From Anthoceros angustus (Eukaryota; Plantae; Anthocerotophyta), in NCBI GenBank assembly GCA_010909165.1, contig MU008179.1, forward strand, positions 310,001 to 374,000: a DNA stretch of 64,000 nt, in the 5' to 3' direction. The notes beneath the pieces were generated by a model. The model made no database searches. It saw only the letters and a list, made by a program, of their open reading frames with translations, and was not told where the DNA came from. Of this stretch, positions 1-12,349 are shown piece after piece. The position numbers and the translations under genes are program-made. How positions within the stretch are numbered: the first letter of the stretch is position 1; each line of letters opens with the position of its first letter.

Positions 1-356
1 ACAGCAGGCTGCTCCGAGCAGTCTTGCACGACACCCTCAGGTTGTTGTGCGAGCTCCATAGCGGCCGAGTGTGCTGCCGATCCAGCAGAGAGGTTGAAGT
101 CCTGGACAAATGTGCGGAGCTCCTTGGCTGTGATGGAGCTCGCGTACACCTTAACCTCCGATTGCTTCTCGTTGCAGATGGCACAGGTCCATTTGTAGCC
201 TGGCTTCCTTGCCTGCTTCACCTGGAGGAGAAGCACAGCACAGAATGGGTTGTGTCAGGGAGTAGGGTGAGTGGTGAGAAGCTGGTGTGCTCTTGTTGCG
301 AAACCTGCCTGCATCATTGAGCACTTGTAGCACCGCAAAGCAACAAACCCTGTCAT
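1..356 (-). CDS. MRNIP: MRN complex-interacting protein-like (UPF0544), 5' part; exon 1 356-309, exon 2 from 221 running off the window
   Basis: Manual splicing gives MTGFVALRCYKCSMMQ|VKQARKPGYKWTCAICNEKQSEVKVYASSITAKELRTFVQDFNL. This matches the CxxC...QVKQ...KWxCxxCxEKQS zinc-binding N-terminus I recall for MRNIP. It requires an 87-nt GC-AG intron (308-222). Confidence 0.75.
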
Positions 357-1401
357 CGCTTGAACTGAAGCCGCTGGATTCAGTTCCCTCGAAACACTAC
401 CCTTGATCTCTGCTGAAGCCTTTCAGCTGCTGCCCGATTCCTCGCTGCCTCCTCGAATTGCTCTTTGGCTCCAAATTCAAAACAAAAGCACGAGGGAAGG
501 GCGGGATTCCCAATTCCCATTGGAGTTTTCAAAGGTTTTTCAAATTTCCTTTTGCTGGGTCGTAAAATGGAGTTGATGGGGTGAAGCTGTCAGTGCAGAG
601 GCATGGCTATGCACTGATAGATGTGGGGATGGCTTTAGGGGCCAGCCTGCTCCTGGGCCGGCCTACCAACCAGATGAATTCGGACCTAAACCACAATGCA
701 CAGGGGTTAGGCCTCACGTTCTTGTGTAAGACTGCTGATATGCTGCTATACCTTCTACACCTACACTCATAAGGACATACAGATGCTACAAATTGTGTAG
801 GAAAAGGAAAGACGGCCTGATGCTCTGCTGCTTGACTTCGAGCAGTGACACCTATACACTCACGGCACAAGTCAATGTGCACAACGGCTGCACAAGCGAA
901 CTGGAAATCAAGACTTCGCTGACTGATACACACACAATGATAGATTGGCCTCGACACACAAGAGATGCTCAAAGAAATAAAGATGGATCATTGTACCGCG
1001 ACCTTGTGCTTGCTTTGGCTCAACACCTTGTTTACGGCCTTATGATTGCTTATGTATAAATCATTGAGGCCTAAATGATTTATACATCTGCCATGCCCCT
1101 CACGGCCATCCACTACAGCTGGATGAGGGCAAGGCCCTCCACACATCTCCCGATGGGCTCTGCAAAAGTTGGCAAGCGTTCCATGCCCAGATTTCATCCT
1201 GCCTTGCACAATACACAGTCACGCGGCTCTGGAAATTGGTACATTTCACTCACAAATGTATGTACATTTCTACACAAATGGCATTATACATCTGACATAT
1301 ATACATAACACTGTACAAGTTTCTAGAGGCGACACCTCCCAGCCGGAGGTCACTTTCTAGGTGCTGAGTGCCCCAGGCTGGACTATCAGCAGCCAGCCTG
1401 C

Positions 1402-3089
1402 TCACAGCATTCTGATGATACACAGGTTATACAAATCCAAGTACAAGTACAACAGGCAATTCTCAATTAGACCTTCTCGTGTGAGCCTCCTGCAAAGCTC
1501 CAAATATGTGTTGACTAACTGAGCTTTTTGCAGACCGTGCAGAACGGCATGAATCACCTTCTCCTCTGGAATTAGTCCCCGATCCAACATAAGCTGCACT
1601 GCATCTGCTGCATATGCATGATAGCCGCCCTTCACAAACCCTCCAATAAGGCAGGAAAACGTTTTCTTCGTTGGTGACATACTTGACAATCTCATGCTCT
1701 CGAGGATACGTAGAGCAGCTTCTTTCTGGTTTGAATGTGCGCAAATCCCAATAATTGTGTTATACACTTCTATGGAAGGCTCACGCCCGGCCAGTTTCAT
1801 CTGCCACATGGATCTCTCTGCCTCTAATCCCTTTCCTGCAATGGACTGATATGTCAGACCATGTCATGCAATACGCCCCTCCCGGCAAAATTAAAAAAAA
1901 GGTGGAAACACATACCAGCAATGCAATAGATTGCAACCAGCCTTTCGTAGACTACAGGTGCAAAGGTGGGTCTGGACTCCTCATCTTCCAAAGCCCACTT
2001 TGCTATATCTTCAACATCTGAATGTAGGCCAGCCTCATAACTATTGAACTTGGCCAGGCTTTCATCATTCAACCTTGCAATCTTCCCAGTCTGTTGGTAA
2101 CGTTGCAGTTGGCGACGTGTCAACGTCAGCTGGAAACATCAGACAGATGATTACCTTCAGCTTCTTCAGCCATCGAAGGACAGAAGGATGGGAGCGACAC
2201 CGAAACACAAGCATAGTAAAAGACTTCTTACTTGCTCTTGTTCGACTAAGCAAGCCAACAAGCCAGCATTGTACGCTTCAGGCCTGAGCTTAACGTTGGA
2301 AGCACGAAGTTTCTTCATGAAATCCATGGCAGCTCTCTGATCCTTGTTTGCGGCCATTTTCAAAATCAGGAAGCTTGCCGCGTTCAGGTCTCCCTGCTCG
2401 TTTCCTTCTGAATCCATCATGCCCGTTACGAATGCCAGAACCTCGGTCTTCTCACCCTTGTCCCAATACACCGAGATGATGTAGTGCAAGATCCGAAAGT
2501 CGGGCTTGAGCCCAACACATTTCATATCCTCCAGCAAACACTTCACAAAGTCAAACGAGCATTCCTGCTCCACCGCCTTCGTGATCCAGTCCCACATTAT
2601 GGACATCATCAACTTGTGGGTCTCATCCTCCACCCTGTTCACCTTCCGCATCCACTCGAAGACCTCCAAAGCATACCAACAATCCTTGCCCTCCTGGGCA
2701 AAATACTTGAGAACCAGCTGAAGATCAGTGCTTGACAACTTCCCCTGCATGTCTTCAAGAACTTCAGCTGCCTCCTTGGAGCTGTACTCCATCTCAGTAA
2801 TGGCCTGCTTGAAAGCTTCTCCATTAGAATGGTGCTTCTGTTCAGGCTCCCGTTTTCCCGCTCTGGGCAAACCACTATGCTTAGCCATACTCGTCGATCT
2901 CCGAAGCAAGGCCTTCGCAGCAGTCGAGGGTTGCGAGGTGTCCTCAATACCCAACCTGATGAAAGGCCTCAGCCCACTACAGGAGATGAGCTGGAAATTG
3001 GTCTTGGCTACCGTGACTGCGAAGGCACTTCCGCTGCTATGGTCCAAGGCCAAAGTTCGAACTTTGCCCTGAACAAGACCTGCAGCCAT
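1402..3089 (-). CDS. Pentatricopeptide repeat protein, At2g30100-like, probably plastid-targeted; about 3 exons
   Basis: ORFs 2166-3089, 1854-2123 and 1402-1809 join across short introns. Motifs YALEVFEWMRK, VYERLVAIYCIAG, LWQMKLAGREP and CLLYLYLDLYNLCIIRML match my recollection of At2g30100. N-terminus is Ser/Ala-rich. Confidence 0.8.
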
Positions 3090-4535
3090 TATGGATGAGA
3101 TTCCTCACGAAGCCCACTTCAAAGCCCGCCTTTTCCCTCCTCCCACACCCAACACGGCCTCAGCGATGGAATACGAATTTGCCACGGGACCGCTCCAGAT
3201 CAACAGCAATGGGGATCTCTGCCAATGGTCAGCCAAACCACTGCCTCCAGCTTCATTAGCTTTCAATCCGCTAAGGAATCGCCCACTAAGTGGCAGAGAA
3301 TCGGAACCAGTTAGGAGCGCTAGTGGGAACACGGGCACCAACTGCATCCAGAAGGTATCCCTCCCACCACTGGCACCGATCCTGCTTCCACGGCCTGCAA
3401 ATGCTCAAGTTGAAATGCCCGATGCCGTGAACATTGCAGCCAAGATCCAACAGAGCGGACCCGACACACAGCTTACTGACCTAGCTGGGAATTGATAACC
3501 AAGCGTACAGCCACCCCCATTACACGCTCAAGACATCAGGCTTCGCTGCTGCGTGATGTGAATTTCCAGCAGACAAATGTTGAGCGTTCGGGACCTGGAA
3601 ACCACATACATACGCAGCAGGGCAGGTTCACGAATCAACAATCATTGAGGGCGCCAACTGGAGTCCGGGACATGGCGTGTTGCAACCGCAGGCCACGTTT
3701 AAACACTTGTGCGAGACGCTTATGGATACAAGGTGACGAATCATCCACAATGCACACCACAAGCGTGCGCTCTTAATCATCCGAACTCTCCAAGTAATCT
3801 CTCTTACATAAGACCACTTCCATCCTTTCATCCAAGTGGACTGTAGTAGAAGAAAAAGAAAAATTTTATTGAAGTTCACTAAGGACGGTTTCCGGCAGGG
3901 ACCTGGTATTTGACAACGGACAACTTGCACCATGGTGTGTCTAAGCTACTAGCACCAAGGGCATCCACTTCCTCTAAGCACCCCATCCAAATATCCACCA
4001 AAGCACACGATGCTTAATAGCAATATTTTTATAAATGTATGTTTATTTGGCCTCTAAGACAGATCTATTTAGATTCTTCTTCTTCTACTATACGGTCATG
4101 GCTTCCTAGTTACTCTCAGGCTTCCTAGTTACTCTCAGCAACTTCACTTTCAGTTACCTGTACATCTTCTCGTCTTATTAGCTCATGTCCTCCTAGTTCT
4201 AACGTACTAGATGGCTCCGTATGCTTCATGTCACTCAGCTCAAGCCACATCGTAGGGAGCATGCCGAACCCGGAATTATCACCGATCCTCTAAATCTTAA
4301 ACATTATTATTACTTATGAGTAAAAATCCAATTGTAAATTGATAATCCATATTTATATTCAAACCCATAGATGTTATAATATCTAATTTTATCTCCTAAA
4401 AATTGATTGTAAAACAGCCAACAATATTTACGACAAGCGTATGGTCACCAAGCTTACAAAGTAGGCTATAAGTATTCTATTATAATCATATATTCCTTAA
4501 AAATCAGTCGTCAAATAGGTAGAACGCTTTACAGC

Positions 4536-4798
4536 TGAAGGATCGTGTGGCAGCACATGATGGTGGAAAGAGGAGAGGAGAGGAGGAGGCAAGTGTAACT
4601 CTCTCACACCTTGAGATGAGGCTTGGAGGGTACTTATACCCTCCAATAGGGCTCCCTAGGAAGCTCCACAAGAAGCTCCTAGGAAGGAGCAGAAGAAGCT
4701 TCCTATTGATTAGCTTCAGCTAAACTAATGATACTTAACTGACACCTAACTTAGACTAAGTGTATTAGTCTAGTACATTGGGCTTTAATACCCTTACA
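4536..4798 (-). mobile_element. Solo LTR (263 bp) with 5-bp target-site duplication
   Basis: Starts TGAAGG and ends CCTTACA (TG...CA, imperfect terminal IR). ACAGC flanks both sides (4531-4535 and 4799-4803). TATAAG box on the minus strand (~4635). Confidence 0.7.
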
Positions 4799-5143
4799 AC
4801 AGCAGCCGCTCGGACCTACCCATTTACAAGTGAATTTATAATGTAATTTCTGGTAACTTTCTAATCACAAAAAAGTTGATTGTAAATGAAGAGCCCGTAC
4901 TTACAACACACGCAATTTACAAAGCTGTATGCTAGGGAGAAAAGAGTATTATTTCATAAAATGCATTTCAGGTGTAACAACGGACCCCACCGTTGCTTAA
5001 TTACAACATGGAAGAACAACTGAATTTCGTATTAATAATAAACACTAAAAACTCCATTGTATAATAACCGACCGAACCTCTAAAATGACTTAGCCATCGT
5101 TGTAACAAGGTATAGCCACTTTGTAAATAGCGTGAATATATTC

Positions 5144-5183
5144 ATGGAAGCCTCCATGAGTGGAATCTCATGGAGGCTTCCAT
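5144..5183. repeat. Perfect 17-bp inverted repeat with 6-nt loop
   Basis: atggaagcctccatgag-tggaat-ctcatggaggcttccat. Confidence 0.9.
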
Positions 5184-6127
5184 AATGGAGCAACTAGACG
5201 TTGTGAATATGTGTTACGGAAGGTGCGCCAGAGGAGTCGGAGCCCCCCACGTGTGCACGTTCCGTCGCGTGGCATCACGGCTGAGTTACGTGACCGGTGC
5301 CTGAGACCCACCCATTGACTGCAGCCTGAGCGAGGCGAGGGCTGTTATACATAGATTTTTTGCCCAGAAGACTATACGATCCTAAATCTCTCTCTTTGGT
5401 TAATTTAGAGGCAAATCTTTTTCCCTTGAGACATGTTTCATTCGAGCCCTCGCACATTACTCGTGACACGAGCCCTGTCGCAAGAGATAAGCACTTGCAT
5501 TCATATGAACACTTCCTCAACAGACAACCAAGCAAACAAATCTAATATGCAAATATAGGTGCAAACCAATACCCCCTGATAATGTGAGACCCCATGTCAA
5601 AACATTATCATTAGTAAGACTACACAAGTAAGCACCTCATGTAGCACATTCTGCACAAACCAATCTTCTGTGGGAACCTTGTCCAGAGGTTATGAACCTT
5701 GTCCATACATTATTTCCTCCTTCCAATAGTACTGAGCGACCTTCTTTCATAGCTTGGCCTGCTTCTGAGATGAAAGCCCTTGTGGCCATTCTCCAGTTTT
5801 TGTTTTTCGTTAGTGTTGGGTGGGAAATAAGGCAGAAAAAGGGGAAATAAGGTTGAATAAGGGGAATGGTGATGGACGGCAAGAAGTGATGAGGGCGGGT
5901 AGCAGGAAACTCCGGAGTAGGCCACTTCGGACTTAACTCCGGAGTTGAACGCGATAAGTCCGCCGGGATCGTGGTTACCTGCCCATAACGGCCGCTGACG
6001 ACCCTGCGGTCCTGGTCCCCTGTCTCCCCACTCCACATATTATTCACACGTAATGCCTATCTCCCTCCTTGTTTGGCCTATTAAAGCAACATATTTGTCG
6101 CCTCAAATATATGTTGCTGCAGACAGT

Positions 6128-8618
6128 ATTCTAGCCTCTTGTTCTCAAGATACGTATAGGCGCCTATATTTACACAGCAGCTGCATGAGATCTCAACACA
6201 TTGTGACCGACTAAGTAGGGTTCAGCTGTAGAGTTTCCTACTGCTGACCACACTCTGCTCAAGGTTCGTCCTCGCGCATGTTCACCATTACCATATCCAA
6301 GCACTGTGAATACCAGAGGCTCATTGGATGTAAATTCATGTGTGTATTCTATCCAATAATGTTTGCACAACGAGAAACACATAACCAAGTGAAATACACA
6401 ATAGTGTGGTGCACTTCAGCATGAGAAGTCAAAACCAACTTAGCGAGAATCACATAATGTGTGGAATGAGATATCGGATGTGTGGCGAACTTTATCGACG
6501 TCACCAGCCGACCAATCCTGTCGTTGCAATATGGGGTCCGTTCCCAAGGGAATGACTTGTTCCGTTTATACACGTCTGTTGCTCGACTCACTCTCCGTCG
6601 TTGGGGAAGATGGTCTACCTGAGGCTGCTTACCGCAACGCGGACGTTTTCCGCTCCCTAATTACTCTACTCGTTCATCATACAGGCCCGGAGTGGCCAAA
6701 CGTTTAAGGACTCCTTTTCGTCCGTAACCTACCGATCTGTCTTACTCCCTCCTCTACCTTGTCTCGCCTATCATTCTTACCTACTCTCAATATACCAGTT
6801 GAGGGTCACGGTTGGGCATGTGTGGGCTACGGACCTCTGCGTTCGTTCGCCAGGTCTCTCTGTCTGGGCTCTACACGCCCTGCCAGAGTGCGGCTAATCA
6901 CGCCCGCTCCGTCGTCCGGACCTGACCGCTCAAGGGAGCAGTGGCACCGCCCTCTTATACTACACCCTGAGGGGGCGCCTTTATTACACGCATATTCTAG
7001 CCTCTTGTTCTCAAGATAATAGGCGCTATATTTACACAGCATGAGATCTCAACACATTGTGACCGACTAAGTAGGGTTCAGAGTTTCCCTCTATGACCAC
7101 ACCGCTCAAGGTTCGTCCTCGCGCATGTTCACCATTACCATATCCAAGCACCGTGAATACGAGGCTCATTGGATGTAAATTCATGTGTATTCTATCCAAT
7201 AATGTTTGCACGAGAAACACATAACCAAGTGAAATACACAATAGTGTGGTGCACTTGATGAGAAGTCAAAACCAACTTAGCGAGAATCACATAATGTGGA
7301 GCAGATATCACTGTGTGGCGAACTTTAGGCGACGTCACCGAGCGCGCACCAATCCCGTGTCGTTGCAATATGGGGTCCGTTCCCAAGGGAATGACTTGTT
7401 CCGTTTATACACGTCTGTTGCTCGACTCACTCTCCGTCGTTGGGGAAGATGGTCTACCTGAGGCTGCTTACCGCAACGCGGACGTTTTCCGCTCCCTAAT
7501 TACTCTACTCGTTCATCATACAGGCCCGGAGTGGCCAAACGTTTAAGGACTCCTTTTCGTCAGAACCTACCGATCATCTTACTCCCTCCTCTACCTTGTC
7601 TCGCCTATCATTCTTACTCTCAATATACGAGTTGAGGTCACGGTTGGGCATGTGACTGGGACCTCTGCGTTCGTTCGCGGTCTCTGTCTGGGCTCTACAC
7701 GCCCGCCAGAGTGCGGCTAATCACGCCCGCCTCGTCACGCCACCTGACCCGCTCAAGGGAGGAGTGGGCACCCTCTTATACTACACCGAGGCGCCTTTAT
7801 TACACGATATTCTAGCCTCTTGTTCTCAAGATAATAGGCGCTATATTTACACAGCATGAGATCTCAACACATTGTGACCGACTAAGTAGGGTTCAGAGTT
7901 TCCCTCTATGACCACACTGCTCAAGGTTCGTCCTCGCGCATGTTCACCATTACCATATCCAAGCACCGTGAATACGAGGCTCATTGGATGTAAATTCATG
8001 TGTATTCTATCCAATAATGTTTGCACGAGAAACACATAACCAAGTGAAAATACACAATAGTGTGGTGCACTTGATGAGAAGTCAAAACCAACTTAGCGAG
8101 AATCACATAATGTGGAGCAGATATCACTGTGTGGCGAACTTTAGGCGACGTCACCGAGCGCGCACCAATCCTGTCGTTGCAATATGGGGTCCGTTCCAAG
8201 GGAATGACTTGTTCGTTTATACACGTCTGCTCGACTCACTCTCCGTCGTTGGGGAAGATGGTCACCGAGGCTTACCGCCGCGACGCTTTCCGCCTCCCTA
8301 ATTACTCTACTCGTTCATCATACAGCCCGGAGTGGCCAAACGCGTTTAAGGACTCCTTTTCGTCAGAACCTACCGATCATCTTACTCCCTCCTCTACCTT
8401 GTCTCGCCTATCATTCTTACTCTCAATATACGAGTTGAGGTCACGGTTGGGCATGTGACTGGGACCTCTGCGTTCGTTCGCGGTCTCTGTCTGGGCTCTA
8501 CACGCCCGCCAGAGTGCGGCTAATCACGCCCCGGCCCGGTACCGGACCTCTGCCTCAAGGGAGCGTGTGCACCCTCTTATACACTACACCGAGGCGCCTT
8601 TATTACACGCATATTCTA
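6128..8618. repeat. Tandem triplication of a ~0.8-0.87 kb unit
   Basis: Units start with attctagcctcttgttctcaagata at 6128, 6994 and 7809. Copies differ mainly by small deletions. The junction shares the microhomology tattcta. Confidence 0.92.
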
Positions 8619-9230
8619 AGCTTATGTCCACCTCACTATGCTCTAGCACGTGGCCCTCTCTCTTCCCTATTTTCCTACCTACGTCTATGATGGTGGGGCA
8701 ATGGTTGACCAGGATTCCTTCCTGGCGCTGGCAGCCCAGTCCCCAGCTCTAACATCTGCGGCGCACCCAATCGGATGATCCACGCCCCGGGCTGAGGCTG
8801 GAGGCTCTTCCCAGCTCGGACCACATCGGTTGCGCTTCGAGGTGGATCGACAACCGCAGTGACCACCAAGTCTTCCTCCTTGCTGTCCATTGACGCGCTG
8901 GCGGATCCCTGCCCACTGGGTCCGTCCGGAGCCCGTTCTTCCTGGGTGGGTTGAGACTGACTCTCATCCACCCTTACCACCACTCCCCGGGTTAGAGCCA
9001 TGGAACTCCCTCCCCCCTCCTGAGTCCGGAACTCGGGGTGCGTCCTCACTTCCGGAGTTCGGACCTCGGGGTCCGTCCTCTCTTCCGGAGTCCGGACCTC
9101 GGGGTCTGTCGTCTCTTCCGGAGTCCGGACCTCGGGGTCCGTCCTCTCTTCCGGAGTCCGGACCTCGGGGTCCGTCCTTTCTTCCGGAGTCCGGACCTCG
9201 GGGTCCGTCCTCTCTTCCGGAGTGTGGACA
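8172..9230 (-). mobile_element. LTR-like module (TGTCC...CAACGACA on minus strand) with U3-like 33-bp repeats and TATA box
   Basis: Minus-strand order: 33-bp repeats, gtagtataagaggg TATA (~8575-8588), then a cattcccttgggaacg block ending caacgaca. Homologous in inverse orientation to 17304-18461. No TSD found. Confidence 0.45.
9018..9222 (+). repeat. 33-bp minisatellite, about 6 copies
   Basis: tccggagtccggacctcggggtccgtcctctct at 9051, 9084, 9117, 9150 and 9183, plus a degenerate copy at ~9018 and a partial one at 9216. Confidence 0.93.
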
Positions 9231-10253
9231 ACGGGCTCTCCTTAGGGTTAGGAAATAAGCTGGGTATGTTTTTTTTCGTAGGTATGGAGTGTAAAATAAG
9301 GCGGAAAAGGAGGAATAAGCACGGACGGCACTCCGGACTCCGGGGTAGGTAACGGACCCCGGTGCCACTCCGAAGGACCCCGGACCACGCACCGGAGTAC
9401 CGGGATAAGTCCGGACCCCACTCCGGGTCAGAATGGGATAAGTACGCCCAGTAAGGTAATTTAGAAGTTGGGCGTGAGTTAGACAGGCGGCGCCACGTGG
9501 GCCACTGAATGGAAGACGGCATGCAGCCGTGACCGTAGCATTGCTAGTGGCGTTATAAGCGGTATTCACGCTCCAGCGTCTTGTGCGGCAGTAAGGCGAG
9601 TAGGCGGAAGCGTAAGGCGAGTAAGCCATGCAGAGGCTCCATTCAGTAAGCGATCTAGTCTCTAAACCCTTAAAATGTGCCAAGTGAATTTTTGTTTTCT
9701 TTGAGAGTGGTGTGAAAATAAGTCGATTGGTAGTTGGGGATATTCATAGTAAAAATGTCCTTGGCCTATGGAGTTCTTTTGTTTTATTGCCTAGGTTAGA
9801 TAATAAATGGTCGGAAACTCGGTGTTCCTTGGCCCATGGACCTCGGATATCCACTACAAGGTCTATATATGCGGGTAGGGGTGGTTATTTGGGGTTTGTC
9901 ACCCTAAGTTAGGGTCGACCGGCCAGGGCGAATGAGTATGGGGTTGTGGGTGGGCGGCTGTCGTGAAGACAACCGGTGGTAGTGGAGGCCAAACTTAACC
10001 CTAAGGAAACCGGTAGGGTGACGGGCGCGTTCAAGCGCGGGCGCAGGTGGGCGGCAGTGAGGAGTGGGCGCCGCGGAGCGTGAGGTCGTCGAGGCATTCG
10101 AGGCGGACCGCGATCGGTCGGAGGCGAGAGGCGCGATCGTGGTGGAGGGCCGCCGAACCCTCACCGGTGAAGTCGCAACCCCGTGGAAGGAAGGCGGCGG
10201 CCGGCGCTTGAGGAGGTAGGAACCACAGGCGACCTTGCCAGAAATTCGGCGAG

Positions 10254-12226
10254 GTGGCACCGTCGAGGCGCGAGGCGAGGACTCTGCGGAAGGATGGCGC
10301 CCAAAGCCACTGTGAGATCGCTTGCCCAATGGCCAAACATGGACCATTGGAAAGTCCGAGGGGGCACAGTGAAGGAGCTCGGTGGGGTTCATGGAGAAGC
10401 GGTGGAATTACAGGTCGGGAGTGCGGTCGCTCGCCACCTAAAGACAAGCAACCGGCGAGGGAATTAGAGCAAAACCTCGAGTTGGGACTGGCATTGGTTA
10501 GGGAAGTGTATGGGCGCAAGGAGGAGGCGGAGGTTTGGTGATGGAACCTTCTCGGAAAAGGAGCACAAGAAGAAGCAGCCGCCCTGGTGAAGGCGGGCGT
10601 AATCCGGGAACCCAATGGTTGGCTGACGCGAGAATTGGCAGCCATTAATGGGTGCAGCGGATGGCTTCTCCGCTTCCTACAAAGACAAGCGGGATTATTT
10701 GTCGACCACTTCTGTTGTTCCTCCATGAAGTTGTCAAGGGGCGAAAATCGATCGGGACGAATCCTCTTTGAGAAGTTGAGTGAAGAAAGGTTGAATCGAT
10801 TTCTCCTACCCCTCGGCCCTCTCTAATTTCACCATTCCTAGTTCATCTTTATGCGCATGCTAATTGCCCGCCAGGTAGAAATTGTGGCCTCCTTCATATG
10901 TGGAAGCCGTCGAGGTGAAGTGGAAGCGGAGGAGCCTAAGGAGGAAATTGAGGAGGAATCGGACTGGGAGTCCATGGCGGCAGGCGATTCGAGGAAGAGA
11001 AGGAAATTTCTACCGGCAAGAAGAGGAAGACCGGGCACGGGTCCCAAAAAAGTGAAGGTGGGCGTCACCAGTCGGCGGTGCCGCGCTACGAAAAAGCAAA
11101 GAAAATGAAAGCCAAGCGGTGAGGTGGCGGAGGAAGAGGCGCGGTCCGAGGAAGAAAATTTCTTGACACGGATGCGGATGATGAGCGGCCAGGAGGAATT
11201 AGGGGCGACCTCGAGCGGACCCCTCCTCGGCATGGGAAGAGATTTTCAAGGGACTCCACCGGCAATGAGGTGGACGCGGGTGGTGAGGTGCGCACTTTGT
11301 TGGGAAGGAAGGTGCTCGACGGAGGATGGCGTCGCACGGGCCGCCGCAGGTGGAATTGAGGCGGCGACGCGATGATCCGGGCCCAAGCGGTTGTTGGACC
11401 AAGCGGCCTTGGCTCTCACATGGCTCGATGTGCAAGGCGGGCGGAGGAAGTGGTGAAGGCCGGGTTTGTGAAGGAGAAGCCCAGGCGCAAGCTGGAGGAA
11501 GACAAGCGGGCCTTAGAGGAGATAAGATCAAGCTTGAGGAGGATTTGTGCGGGGCCGGGGAGGCTGCAGGCCATGGCAGTCGTGAGCGCTCATGGCTCAA
11601 ATCAAGGATGCCCACGAGTCAAACCAGAGATGCGGGGAGAGCTATTGCGAGCCCGAGGCGAGGCGGCCTCGGTGGAGAAGGTCCATAAGGTGGCGGAGCA
11701 GTATAAGCGGAGCAGGATGAGGCACGTGGCGAACCGAGAAAAGAAGAGGCGAGGTGGCGGGACTACGGCCGGGGTAGTGGAAGGCACTCGGAGGGAAGGA
11801 CACAGCAAGGTAGTCAAACACCTACCACTACCGGACCAACGACGGTCGTGGAGACCACTAGTGGTGGAGCGGCAATGGGCGGCGACGGGCGACGCGGCAC
11901 CGCGAGGACATGGACCAGCAACTGTGTAGTCTACGGGAGGAGGGTAAGCACCTCCCTGAGGAGGTCCTATTATGTTGCGGCACATGGATGAGGAAACTTA
12001 CGTGCCTGGTCTATATGTGAATGGGGAACGCGTGCTTAACTTCACTGTCCATGTGCGTGTGGAAATAGGAGGGATCAGGTCCTACCTACTGCAAGTGAGG
12101 ACCCGAAGTGCATACTTCTACCACTGCGCCAGAGTGTGGGGATTGGCCCCCTATTATGCGGAGGCGACCTTGGAGGAGTTGAGTGAAGAGGAGGTCCAGG
12201 TTTGGGTGGATGAGGAACCGTGGTAA
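10254..12226 (+). pseudogene. Decayed long ORF of unknown family, probably transposon-borne
   Basis: ORFs 10254, 10587, 10851 and 11124 share one frame separated by short stop-containing gaps. ORFs 11372 and 11972 share a second frame. Contains acidic/basic and coiled-coil tracts. TATA-like ggtctatatatg at ~9860. Confidence 0.4.
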
Positions 12227-12349
12227 TCCTCGGCAATAGGCGGCCAGAGGCGGAAGTTCCGGTGGTATGCCTCAATTAGGGCGTCCAGTGGCGGTGAGGT
12301 GGAAGTCCTGGGAAAACCCGTCAGATCAGCGGCGTGGCAGGAGGGCTCG

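Larger units (their letters stand above)
4290..5210. mobile_element. AT-rich DNA-transposon/MITE-like remnant with dispersed TTGTAA/TTACAA motifs, interrupted by a solo LTR
   Basis: About 10 scattered ttgtaa/ttacaa motifs in both orientations and a 17-bp hairpin near the right end. Termini not defined. Confidence 0.3.

Noticed and set aside
581-1059. Short plus-strand ORFs (63 and 88 aa)
   Set aside because: No recognisable motif. They lie between the MRNIP promoter and the PPR 3' end and are within chance length.
3091-3495. 134-aa ORF head-to-head with the PPR gene
   Set aside because: Low-complexity Pro-rich sequence over the PPR promoter/5' UTR, with no family resemblance.
3880-3995. Possible integrase-core remnant (GRDLVFDNG...)
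   Set aside because: Only a few residues resemble the SDNG motif, and the frame contains stops.
8964-9683. 239-aa ORF with GREDGPRGPDS repeats
   Set aside because: A translation of the 33-bp minisatellite, which is open in several frames.
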